Shown: in pieces, positions 16,624 to 24,959 of the stretch
Position numbering within the stretch: the stretch's first letter is position 1
How the letters are laid out: each line of letters begins with the position of its first letter
Notes under the pieces: generated by a model
The model's input: the letters and a program-made list of their open reading frames with translations, nothing else
Database searches by the model: none
Told to the model about the DNA's origin: nothing
Source of the DNA: a virus
Taxonomy: Duplodnaviria; Caudoviricetes
Strand: one strand, 5' to 3'
IMG/VR virus record: IMGVR_UViG_3300020045_000833
Span: 1 to 38,380 of that record
Length of the DNA: 38,380 nucleotides
Translations under genes and position numbers: made by a program

Positions 16624-16913
16624 CCAACAGCAACCCAAATAGCAAATACGAAATCTACAAGGCATGTTCAGACGCCGGTATGTCGCTCGAAGAAGCCGCA
16701 ACCGCAATGGGCATTCAGGTGGCAACAGTCAGATCATACGCCCGCGACCACAGCCTGCCATTCCGTGGCCTTGTGTTTTTCAACCCTGCCACGCGACCGG
16801 AAAAGCCAAAGCGCGTCGGTGTCGTCACGTGGGAGCGCCGCGAGGAATACGGGCATGTCAACCGCGTGTCACTGGTGGCGGTTCCGGGCGTTCAAATTGG
16901 GAGGGTGGGATGA
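16620..16913 (+). CDS. Helix-turn-helix protein
   Basis: GMSLEEAATAMGIQVATVRSY; ATG at 16620 with ATGA overlap. Confidence 0.7.
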   Translation: MTNSNPNSKYEIYKACSDAGMSLEEAATAMGIQVATVRSYARDHSLPFRGLVFFNPATRPEKPKRVGVVTWERREEYGHVNRVSLVAVPGVQIGRVG

Positions 16914-17128
16914 ACCTGCGCGAAAAATTGGCAGACTGGATCAGCGGCGGGCTTATCACATTTTGGTATGATAAATATGTTGAAAGCCAGCTTAATTATG
17001 GGACTGAAAAATGTAGAGTGTGGCGTCTTGAGTATGGGTTGACTGAAATCGCATCCCAAGAAAAACCAACTAGCAACGCAACCGTGCGCCGCATGGCACG
17101 CATGGCAAGGGAAGCAATCAATGTGTAG
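16910..17128 (+). CDS. Hypothetical protein (72 aa)
   Basis: SD GGAGG; ATGA overlap; MNLREKLADWISGG...NATVRRMARMAREA. Confidence 0.7.
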   Translation: MNLREKLADWISGGLITFWYDKYVESQLNYGTEKCRVWRLEYGLTEIASQEKPTSNATVRRMARMAREAINV

Positions 17129-17132
17129 GGCA

Positions 17133-17167
17133 TTGACTGCGCTACATAGTATGTTACTGTAATGACG
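17133..17167 (+). promoter_or_regulatory. Sigma70-like promoter with operator
   Basis: TTGACT-N16-TACTGT; TGTAATGACG at 17158-17167. Confidence 0.65.
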
Positions 17168-17204
17168 CGCATGTTGCGCACAGACCTGACAAAAGGAAAA
17201 CATC

Positions 17205-17405
17205 ATGGAAAAATCCCTCATTACTGCGGTTCAGGACGAACTGAAAAAGGCAGAGCGCGACAGCGCAAAGGCAAAGCTGAAAACAATGTTTGCTGACCGC
17301 ATCAAGGCAAAGGAAACGATCAAGAACATCGACGATCAGATCGTTGATCTTCTGACGACAGTTGGTGAAACCGAAGAAGGCATCCGCGCCTTGCTGGCGG
17401 AGTAA
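17205..17405 (+). CDS. Small coiled-coil protein
   Basis: SD AAGGA; helical, charge-rich sequence. Confidence 0.75.
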   Translation: MEKSLITAVQDELKKAERDSAKAKLKTMFADRIKAKETIKNIDDQIVDLLTTVGETEEGIRALLAE

Positions 17406-17845
17406 TGTCAATGGTCGGGTTTAACTGTCACGTATTTGAAGATGGATCATTCAAGGTCAATCAGTATGCAGTGGAAGGATCAGACCCGGCCTTGTTTTTT
17501 GGCCCATTGCAGGCAAAGTTAAGCGACCTGTTTGCAATGGGCTTCATTCTGCAAATGTCTTCATATATCAAAAAAACAACATACGGGTCGTCAAAGGTGC
17601 ATTTGATCCGTGGCAAGGAAAAGTATCTTGTCGGCAAGATCAGCAATTATGCGCTTAGGGCTGCACATACAAAGCCAGTCCTGCAATCTGTCATCAAAGA
17701 CGGTATGCAGTTGATGGGAAAGGCAAGCACTGACAGCTACGACCCGTTCCAACAGCTTGAACGCAAGTATCCTCCGATCAACAAAAAGAAAACAGTAATG
17801 ATCGGCAACCAAACAGTCAGGCAGTATGTTGAGGCAAATCTATGA
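17405..17845 (+). CDS. Hypothetical basic protein (146 aa, AT-richer)
   Basis: TAATG coupling with the upstream gene and ATGA overlap with the downstream gene. Confidence 0.7.
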   Translation: MSMVGFNCHVFEDGSFKVNQYAVEGSDPALFFGPLQAKLSDLFAMGFILQMSSYIKKTTYGSSKVHLIRGKEKYLVGKISNYALRAAHTKPVLQSVIKDGMQLMGKASTDSYDPFQQLERKYPPINKKKTVMIGNQTVRQYVEANL

Positions 17846-18099
17846 ACCTCTCACCAGCAAGCCAAGCCCTAGCCTATCGCGTATGGGGATACTGCAAACC
17901 GCTCGGATGGGGGCAGACTTGCGCCGATGTAGCGCAGGCACTAGATGAAACCCCGCAGCGTATCGCATCCATCATGCGGGCGATGAAATGGCAGGATCGA
18001 TTTGCCACGTTGCAGCGGTTTAACCTAGACATGCCGCTGCGCTTGGCGGATGACACAGGACATGCTATCATTACAAGCCAAATGCGCATGGATGAGTGA
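17842..18099 (+). CDS. HTH-like protein upstream of the terminase
   Basis: TCADVAQALDETPQRIASIM resembles an HTH; SD GAGG. Confidence 0.6.
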   Translation: MNLSPASQALAYRVWGYCKPLGWGQTCADVAQALDETPQRIASIMRAMKWQDRFATLQRFNLDMPLRLADDTGHAIITSQMRMDE

Positions 18100-18141
18100 T
18101 ACTTAGCCAAGTTGCTAAACTTCCACAAAGCAGGAATTGAC

Positions 18142-18465
18142 ATGTCAAGGGGAAATCCAAACCCTTCACCAGCTACAAGGTTCAAGAAAGGCCAGTCAGG
18201 CAACCCCGGCGGCTTCACGTCCGAGGCTAAGGCAATGTCGCTTGCAAACGCGGAAGCGGCCATTCGTATTCGCAATCGCATCCTACGCGCGGCAGAGGCA
18301 AAGCTGAGTGAGTGCAGCACGGATGAAGTGCTAGACCAGTTTGTCGAAGCCGCAATGCTTAAGATGCTGACTGACAGCGAAACGCGCGGGCTTGGTGCGC
18401 CTGCGCAGCCGATCACGGGTCCGAATAACGGCGCGCTTGTCATCAAGTGGCAGGCGGATGACTGA
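18142..18465 (+). CDS. terS: Terminase small subunit
   Basis: N-terminal PATRFKKGQSGNPGG (DUF5681-like); C-terminal ITGPNNGAL; overlaps the TerL start. Confidence 0.8.
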   Translation: MSRGNPNPSPATRFKKGQSGNPGGFTSEAKAMSLANAEAAIRIRNRILRAAEAKLSECSTDEVLDQFVEAAMLKMLTDSETRGLGAPAQPITGPNNGALVIKWQADD

Positions 18466-19720
18466 GGTTATCATCCCGTATGCGCCACGCAAGGCGCTTA
18501 TGCCGTATCACAATCGCAAGGAACGTTTTGCCTGCCTTGTGGCGCATCGGCGCTTTGGTAAGACCGTTGGTGCAATCAATGACCTAATCCGCGATTGCAT
18601 CACGATACCGCGCGAGGCTGTGCGCACGGCCTATATTGCGCCATTCTACTCGCAGGCTAAGGCGGTTGCTTGGGACTACTGCAAGCACTTCACCGCGCCT
18701 ATTCCGGGCATTAGGTTTAACGAAAGCGAACTGCGCGTTGACTTCCCAAACGGAGCGCGGCTGCGGTTGTTTGGTGCTGATAACTACGACGCAATGCGCG
18801 GGCTTTACTTTGATGCGGTGGTTTTGGACGAGCCTGCTGACTTTCCAGCCAATGCGTGGCCTACTGTGATCCGCCCAGCCTTGGCCGATCGGCAGGGGCG
18901 CGCGACGTTCATTGGCACGCCTAAGGGCAAGAATGACTTTTGGGAAGTCTACGACAAGGCTACGCGAGACCCTGAGTGGTTTACGCTGATGCTGCGGGCA
19001 TCTGAGACTGGCATCCTGCCGCAGATTGAATTGACCGACGCGCTAAAGACCATCGGACCTGATCGCTATGACCAAGAGTTTGAGTGCAGCTTTGAGGCTG
19101 CTATTATCGGCGCGTATTACTCTAAGGAAATGCGTCAAATAACTGAGGCCAAGCGCATTAGACCAATCCCATATGATCCAGCTATCGGCGTTGTGACGGC
19201 GTGGGACTTGGGCATGTCTGACACAACGTCAATCATCTTCGCGCAGTTTGTCGGGCCTGAAATCCGCATCATTGACCACATTGAAGAAAACGGGTTCGGC
19301 CTGACCCATTACGCAAAGCTGCTGGCCGACAAGAACTATCACTACGTCCAGCATATCCTGCCGCATGATGCGCGGGTGCGTGAGCTTGGCACTGGCGTCA
19401 GCCGGATTGATACGCTGCAAAATCTTGGCCTGCAAAACATCACGATCTGCCCGAATATCCCGATTGAGGATGGCATTCAGGCGGTGCGGCAGGGGCTTGC
19501 AAGGACATGGCTGGATGACACCAAGTGCGGACGGTTGATCGAGGGATTGCGGCAGTATCAGCGCGATTGGGATGACAAGATGAAGACGTGGCGCAGTCGG
19601 CCTAGGCATGATTGGGCCAGCCATACAGCCGACGCGGCGCGGTATCTCTATGTCGGGTATCAGCCGGTAACGGAAGAATGGGGCAAGCCGTTGCGTCGCA
19701 ATTTGCGCGGCATTGCGTGA
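18458..19720 (+). CDS. terL: Terminase large subunit
   Basis: AHRRFGKT, VVLDE, FIGTPKGKN, QEFECSF, AWDLG..D, LPHD, HDWASHTADAARY. Confidence 0.95.
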   Translation: MTEVIIPYAPRKALMPYHNRKERFACLVAHRRFGKTVGAINDLIRDCITIPREAVRTAYIAPFYSQAKAVAWDYCKHFTAPIPGIRFNESELRVDFPNGARLRLFGADNYDAMRGLYFDAVVLDEPADFPANAWPTVIRPALADRQGRATFIGTPKGKNDFWEVYDKATRDPEWFTLMLRASETGILPQIELTDALKTIGPDRYDQEFECSFEAAIIGAYYSKEMRQITEAKRIRPIPYDPAIGVVTAWDLGMSDTTSIIFAQFVGPEIRIIDHIEENGFGLTHYAKLLADKNYHYVQHILPHDARVRELGTGVSRIDTLQNLGLQNITICPNIPIEDGIQAVRQGLARTWLDDTKCGRLIEGLRQYQRDWDDKMKTWRSRPRHDWASHTADAARYLYVGYQPVTEEWGKPLRRNLRGIA

Positions 19721-19731
19721 TGTGATATAAG
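19703..19731 (+). promoter_or_regulatory. Putative promoter ahead of the tail module
   Basis: TTGCGC-N17-TATAAG with an extended -10 TG. Confidence 0.45.
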
Positions 19732-19750
19732 GCACAAAACGAGGGCAGAC

Positions 19751-20137
19751 ATGAAACCGCAAGACGCCGTTGATAAACTCTACAAGGTGCGGATTGCGTC
19801 CGCTGCCGATATCAAGCGCAACACGCAGAATGCGATTGATAACTGGATGCTTGGGCCTGATGTTCCGAGCAACCGCGATGGCGCAAACGCACCGTATTGG
19901 GCTGAAATGGCCGATGCGTGGGTGATCGACGTTAAGGAAGCCCGCCGCCGCACATGTGGGAACTGCGAGTATTACGACAACACGCCAGAGCGGAAAGAGG
20001 CGATGGAAGCTATCCCGTTCAACAAGTTTGACGTGGGCGCGGGCTATCGTGGTTATTGCACGAAGTTGGAATTCATCTGCCACGATCTGCGGTCTTGCTT
20101 GGCGTGGGATCGGAAAGACTTTGAGGGCGACGAATGA
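19751..20137 (+). CDS. Cysteine-motif (metal-binding) hypothetical protein
   Basis: CGNCEYY...GYCTKLEFICHDLRSCLAW; SD GAGG. Confidence 0.75.
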   Translation: MKPQDAVDKLYKVRIASAADIKRNTQNAIDNWMLGPDVPSNRDGANAPYWAEMADAWVIDVKEARRRTCGNCEYYDNTPERKEAMEAIPFNKFDVGAGYRGYCTKLEFICHDLRSCLAWDRKDFEGDE

Positions 20138-20745
20138 CCATCACAACCTACGCAACACTCAAAAGCGCCGTTGCAGACTTTCTCAACCGTCAGGATTTGA
20201 CTAGCGCAATCCCGACATTCATTGCCTTTGCGGAAAGTGCGCACCGCCGTGATATCCGTGATCGGCGCATGATCACGCGGGCGTCACTGACGCTTGATGC
20301 GCAGTTTGAGGCGCTGCCAACCGATTGGCTGGAAACGATCCGCATCACGATTGACGCCAATCCTACGCGAGAGTTGCAACAGGCGTCGCTGTCTGACATT
20401 GCTTTCCGCCGCACCGGCAATGTGGACACTACGGGCGCGCCTGTGATGTTTGCGCATATCGGGTCTGACATTGAGCTGTGGCCGACGCCGAATGAAAGCT
20501 ACACGGCGCAGATCACCTACTACGCCAAGGCGACGGCTCTAAGCGCGGATAGCGATACAAACTGGCTGCTGTCAGCCGCGCCTGATGCGTATCTGTATGG
20601 CGCGCTGATGCATTCCGCACCTTATCTCAAAGACGACGCGCGGGTTGCGCTGTGGGCTGGCCTGTATCAGCAAGCAGTGCAAGGATTGGCGCAAGAAAGT
20701 GAACAAGCGCGGTATGGTTCGCCGCTTCGGATGAGGATGCGATAA
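20134..20745 (+). CDS. Head-tail adaptor / tail tubular protein A-like
   Basis: TTYATLKSAVADFLNRQDL..IPTFI..AE; LWPTP; NWLL..APDAYLYGAL...YLKDD.R...W. Confidence 0.8.
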   Translation: MTITTYATLKSAVADFLNRQDLTSAIPTFIAFAESAHRRDIRDRRMITRASLTLDAQFEALPTDWLETIRITIDANPTRELQQASLSDIAFRRTGNVDTTGAPVMFAHIGSDIELWPTPNESYTAQITYYAKATALSADSDTNWLLSAAPDAYLYGALMHSAPYLKDDARVALWAGLYQQAVQGLAQESEQARYGSPLRMRMR

Positions 20746-20918
20746 TGAACAATGCACAACGTGAGAAGATCGCGGCAGAATGCTTCAACGCCAGCCCCGG
20801 AACGGTCTACGTAAAGTTTGACGTTTCTGGCAATGGTTGGGGCGGTCTTGCGGTTGTAAGGCCGCAGGGAGATGCAAATCGGGTTGATTACGTTATCACC
20901 GAAGCAAAGGTAAGCTGA
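20745..20918 (+). CDS. 57-aa hypothetical protein (not in the ORF track)
   Basis: MNNAQREKIAAECFNASPGTVYVKFDVSGNGWGGLAVVRPQGDANRVDYVITEAKVS; TAATG coupling; SD GAGG. Confidence 0.6.
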   Translation: MNNAQREKIAAECFNASPGTVYVKFDVSGNGWGGLAVVRPQGDANRVDYVITEAKVS

Positions 20919-20927
20919 CATGGCCGA

Positions 20928-21488
20928 TCATCTCATGCCATGGTTTGGGTGAAACCCATATCTCAAATTTGCATCAATTCGGCGCGCGATTGCTTCTTCT
21001 AGCGTGTCGAATGATCCGAGCTTAACCCTTGTCCCGTTTGCTTGAATTTCTGCGCGCCATTTCCCACGGTCACTCGCCCAAGAAACTCCGTTGAACCCTG
21101 AAGAGTTGGAACGACGACGCATAACATTTTTCAAGTTTTCAGCCCTAGTTACAGGCCTTAGATTTGAAATTCTGTTGTCGTGCCTGACGCCATTGATATG
21201 GTCAATGTCTGCATCTGGCCATTCTTCATGCGTTAACGCCCACAAAACGCGATGCGCTTGATGCCTTTTCCCAAATATGTTGCCACAAAGATACCCGGTT
21301 CCTTTGTCCAAGCAAGCTAAGGCTGGTGTGTTTGCAAATTTTGTATTGAATGACCTACACATCGACACGGCAGAAAGTTGTCCGCGCTGAGTATACATGT
21401 CTGGTGTGCGTTCTTTCCAAATCATGTGGCCACTTTCGGCATTATGGTGTATGATTGACTGAAGTATTGCGATTGGCGTATCAAGCAT
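20928..21488 (-). CDS. HNH homing endonuclease with C-terminal AP2 DNA-binding domain
   Basis: AHRVLW...IDHING.RHDNRISNLR.VT..EN; SGFNGVSW...KWRAEI...LGSFDT.EEA..AR. Confidence 0.92.
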   Translation of the reverse strand: MLDTPIAILQSIIHHNAESGHMIWKERTPDMYTQRGQLSAVSMCRSFNTKFANTPALACLDKGTGYLCGNIFGKRHQAHRVLWALTHEEWPDADIDHINGVRHDNRISNLRPVTRAENLKNVMRRRSNSSGFNGVSWASDRGKWRAEIQANGTRVKLGSFDTLEEAIARRIDANLRYGFHPNHGMR

Positions 21489-21514
21489 GTGTGCCCCCAA
21501 GTGCTAAAGTTAAC

Positions 21515-21523
21515 ATTATACCA
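21515..21523 (-). promoter_or_regulatory. Extended -10 promoter of the HNH gene
   Basis: Minus strand TGGTATAAT is a perfect TGn-TATAAT, about 26 nt upstream of the ATG. Confidence 0.65.
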
Positions 21524-21551
21524 ATACCCCAAAACAGGCAAGGACTAAGAC

Positions 21552-22424
21552 ATGGCCGACACAACCACGACAAATCTTGCGCTTGTTAAGCCTGAAGTTG
21601 GGGCTTCCGAAGATAGCTGGGGGTCAAAACTCAATACTTCTTTGGATACGCTGGACGCTGTTTTGTTTGGGTCTGTGGCGATCCAGCCAAATCTTGGCAC
21701 TGGTTGGGAAGTCGGCGGCGTTGCTGTCACGTCAACTGCGGCTGAGTTGAACATCCTTGACGGTGTGACAGCCACAGCAGCGGAATTGAACATCCTCGAC
21801 GGCGCAACGCTGACCGTCACCGAGTTGAACTATGTTGATGGCGTGACAAGCGCCATTCAAACGCAACTGAACGCCAAGCAATCGCTAGATGCGACCTTGA
21901 CCGCTCTGGCAGCATACAACACCGCAGGGCTGTTGACACAGACGGCAGCGGATACGTTCACGGGCCGCACGATCACGGCAGGCACCGGCATCAGCGTGAC
22001 GAATGGCGATGGGGTGGCTGGCAATCCGACGATTAGCGCGACTGGTGGCGTAACATCGCTCGGCACGATCACGACAACCAGCGGCGCAAGCCAAACGCTG
22101 TCCGGCCTGACCCTGACGGATTACAAATTTCTGCGATTGTCAGTCAAGGGTGTGTCGTCAACAGTGACTTCCACAATCCTGAGTGTTACCGGATGTGGGG
22201 CTATTGGAAATGCGATTTCAAATACTGGCGCAACTTTGACCGGAACGGTAGATATTGACCTTGGTCTAGGGGTTTTCGCCAGCAATATCCAGATGAGTAC
22301 TGATGCTGCCGCTTCTGGGCGCGCTGGCACTAGCACCCTGACAACCGCAACAACCTCTATCACTGTTACAATTAGCGGCGGCACTTTTGACGCGGGTTCT
22401 ATCGAAGTCTACGGGGTGAAGTAA
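21552..22424 (+). CDS. Tail fibre-like virion protein
   Basis: N-terminal [13 protein letters not shown]...WG.KLN..LD anchor; three 13-aa repeats ([12 protein letters not shown]-type); Thr/Gly-rich. Confidence 0.75.
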   Translation: MADTTTTNLALVKPEVGASEDSWGSKLNTSLDTLDAVLFGSVAIQPNLGTGWEVGGVAVTSTAAELNILDGVTATAAELNILDGATLTVTELNYVDGVTSAIQTQLNAKQSLDATLTALAAYNTAGLLTQTAADTFTGRTITAGTGISVTNGDGVAGNPTISATGGVTSLGTITTTSGASQTLSGLTLTDYKFLRLSVKGVSSTVTSTILSVTGCGAIGNAISNTGATLTGTVDIDLGLGVFASNIQMSTDAAASGRAGTSTLTTATTSITVTISGGTFDAGSIEVYGVK

Positions 22425-23899
22425 TGCCGCTTATTCCGCTGACATTGCCGCCGGGTGTGTATCGGAACGGCACGGATTACCAATCCGCAGGGCGCTGGCG
22501 TGATGCGTCACTAGTGCGCTGGACTGACGGCACGATGCAGCCTGTAGGCGGTTGGACAACGCGCGTTACGGTGACGAATAAGGCTGTGCGCGGGGCTATT
22601 ACATGGCGCGATCTGGGCGGGGATCGATACATTGCGGCGGGGACGTATGAAAAGCTATTCGCCATTAGCGCAAGCGGCACGGTGACGGATATCACGCCGG
22701 TAGGTTTTACGACTGGAAGCCTGAGTGCTGCGCAAAACCTTGGCTTTGGCGGTGGTTTCTACGGGTCTGGCACGTTTGGCACGCCTCGGCCTGACACCGG
22801 ATCGTATGGCGAGGCTACGACTTGGAGCATGGACAACTGGGGCGAATACCTTGTCGCCTGCTCTAACGATGACGGCAAGCTGTATGAATGGCAGTTGAAC
22901 GTAGCAAGCGATGCTGCGGCTATTTCCGGCGCGCCTACTGGCAACCTTGGCCTTGTTGTCACTGAGGAGCGGTTTCTGTTTGCGCTTGGTGCAGGTGGAA
23001 ACCCGCGTAAGGTGCAATGGTCGGATCGTGAAGATAACACCACTTGGACGCCGCTTGCTACGAATGAGGCTGGCGACATTGAGTTGCAGACTTCTGGCCA
23101 GATCATGCAGGGCATCCGCGCGCGGGGCCAGACGCTGATCCTGACCGATCTGGACGCGCATACGGCGACCTATCAAGGACCGCCGTTTGTCTATGGCTTT
23201 GAGCGCGTAGGATCGGCCTGCGGGGCTATCAGCCGCCACAGCGCGGTATCTGTTGACGCTGGCGTGTTTTGGATGGGGCCGCGCGGGTTCTATCGCTACT
23301 CCGGCGGGGCTGTGCAGGAGCTCCAGTGTGATGTGCTGGATTATGTGTTCAGCAATTTGAATTCCGCGCAGAAGTCCAAGGTTTACGGCGTGGCGAATAG
23401 CCAGTTTTCTGAAATCTGGTGGTTTTATCCGCAGGCTGATGGCACGGAATGCAGCGACTATGTGTCGTTCAACCTGAAAGAAGGTCACTGGAACATTGGC
23501 ACGATTGACAGGACGTGCGGTGTTGATAAGGGCGTGTTTTCCGCGCCGATCTGGTTTGATGCGTCTGGCATTTCCTATAACCATGAGACGGCAAATAATC
23601 GCGGATCGGCTGATGTGTTTGCCGAAAGCGGTCCGATTGCATTGGGCGCTGGTGATCAGGTCATGGCTGCGACCATGCTTATCCCCGACGAAAAGACGCA
23701 AGGAGAGGTTACGGCGACGTTCAAAACGCGGTTCCATCCGAATGACACTGAGCGGGAATACGGGCCTTATACGATGGCAAACCCGACTGACGTGCGGTTT
23801 ACTGGGCGTCAGGTCGCAATGCGCGTTACTGGTGCCGCGAATACGTCTTGGCGGGTAGGCGTTCCGCGCCTTGACGTTAAGGCCGGAGGGCTGCGGTGA
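22424..23899 (+). CDS. Tail tubular protein B / nozzle (P22 gp10-like stabilisation protein)
   Basis: MPLIPL.LPPGVYR..T.Y...GRW.D...VRW; WSDRED...W; Y.GPPFVYGF; F.EIWWFYP; beta-rich. Confidence 0.8.
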   Translation: MPLIPLTLPPGVYRNGTDYQSAGRWRDASLVRWTDGTMQPVGGWTTRVTVTNKAVRGAITWRDLGGDRYIAAGTYEKLFAISASGTVTDITPVGFTTGSLSAAQNLGFGGGFYGSGTFGTPRPDTGSYGEATTWSMDNWGEYLVACSNDDGKLYEWQLNVASDAAAISGAPTGNLGLVVTEERFLFALGAGGNPRKVQWSDREDNTTWTPLATNEAGDIELQTSGQIMQGIRARGQTLILTDLDAHTATYQGPPFVYGFERVGSACGAISRHSAVSVDAGVFWMGPRGFYRYSGGAVQELQCDVLDYVFSNLNSAQKSKVYGVANSQFSEIWWFYPQADGTECSDYVSFNLKEGHWNIGTIDRTCGVDKGVFSAPIWFDASGISYNHETANNRGSADVFAESGPIALGAGDQVMAATMLIPDEKTQGEVTATFKTRFHPNDTEREYGPYTMANPTDVRFTGRQVAMRVTGAANTSWRVGVPRLDVKAGGLR

Positions 23900-24549
23900 A
23901 GCTGGGCGTTCCAATCGTCGGGGCTGATGTATCGGCATGGGCAAACGATATGCGCCGATGGCTTGGCCGCACATGGGATATGCTATCGTTCAAAGACGCA
24001 AGCGCGCAGGCAACGCAAGACGGCATTATCCTGTGGGATACGGCTGGTTATCCGGTTGTATCCAAGGACGGATCATGGCGGCAGATCGTGCTTGCCGATG
24101 GCTATGCGGCATTTGGGCAGGACGCCGATATTACTGCGGCTGCTGCTGATACCGCCTATGCAATCGCATGGGATGCGCCGCCATTGTCTGATGGCGTGAC
24201 GCTGGCAGGATCGCCCACAACGCGCGTTACGTTCACCGAGGCGGGAAAGTTTATGCTTTCCTTCACCGCGCAGATTTACAGCACGTCAGCTAGCACGGTG
24301 AACTTCAGGTTCTGGCCCAAGGTGAATGGAACAAACGTTACGGGGTCAACCATGGTTTGCTCGCTGCATAACAACGGCGCGGCATTGGTGGTGAGCCGCA
24401 CCTCAATCTTTGAATTTGCGGCGGGCGATTATCTCGAAGCGATGTGGGCAACCGATAGCACAAACGGATCATTGAAAGCGTTTGCATCCACAGCCTATGC
24501 GCCTGAATCGCCCTCTGTTACGCTGTCGGTTATGAGGGTTCGGCAATGA
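23896..24549 (+). CDS. Virion protein with a C1q/TNF-like beta-sandwich C-terminus
   Basis: VTFTEAGKFMLSFTAQ...FEFAAGDYLEAMW pattern; GTGA overlap. Confidence 0.65.
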   Translation: MKLGVPIVGADVSAWANDMRRWLGRTWDMLSFKDASAQATQDGIILWDTAGYPVVSKDGSWRQIVLADGYAAFGQDADITAAAADTAYAIAWDAPPLSDGVTLAGSPTTRVTFTEAGKFMLSFTAQIYSTSASTVNFRFWPKVNGTNVTGSTMVCSLHNNGAALVVSRTSIFEFAAGDYLEAMWATDSTNGSLKAFASTAYAPESPSVTLSVMRVRQ

Positions 24550-24959
24550 ACATCATAGACGCCAATCGCAAGCACATTGAGGCCGCGCTAGAATACAGCG
24601 GAGGGTCGCATGTGTTTGAAGATGTGCGTGACGGCGTTCTATCTGGGCGGATGCAAATATGGCCGGGCCGTGCTAGCGTTGCAATCACAGAGATAATAGA
24701 GTATCCTTGCAAAAAGGTCTTGCATGTCTTTTTGGCAGGCGGGGAAATGGCTGAGCTAGTTGATATGATCGACAGCGCGGCTATCTGGGGGGACGCACAA
24801 GGTTGCACTTCCATTACAATGTCAGGGCGTCGCGGTTGGGAGCGGGTCTTGGGAAATCATGGCTTCAAGCCTGTGATGATCGTAATGGAAAGGGCTATCA
24901 ATGGCGGGCGGCAAGGGCGGATCGACAACGAGCAAGGTGACGGTTCCGGCTTGGCTTGA
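24546..24959 (+). CDS. GNAT-like tail assembly protein preceding the ejection genes
   Basis: ITEIIEYP.KKVLHVFLAGG...GRRGWERVL..HGF; position typical of podoviruses. Confidence 0.7.
   Translation: MNIIDANRKHIEAALEYSGGSHVFEDVRDGVLSGRMQIWPGRASVAITEIIEYPCKKVLHVFLAGGEMAELVDMIDSAAIWGDAQGCTSITMSGRRGWERVLGNHGFKPVMIVMERAINGGRQGRIDNEQGDGSGLA

Larger units (their letters stand above)
20917..21559. mobile_element. HNH-AP2 cassette flanked by 11-bp direct repeats GACATGGCCGA
   Basis: Repeats at 20917-20927 and 21549-21559; the cassette is AT-richer and antisense to the late operon. Confidence 0.65.

Noticed and set aside
22655-23974. 439-aa antisense ORF (likewise 33431-34459 and 19229-20083)
   Set aside because: These lie opposite well-supported structural genes, have no recognisable motifs or RBS, and are explained by codon bias on the sense strand.
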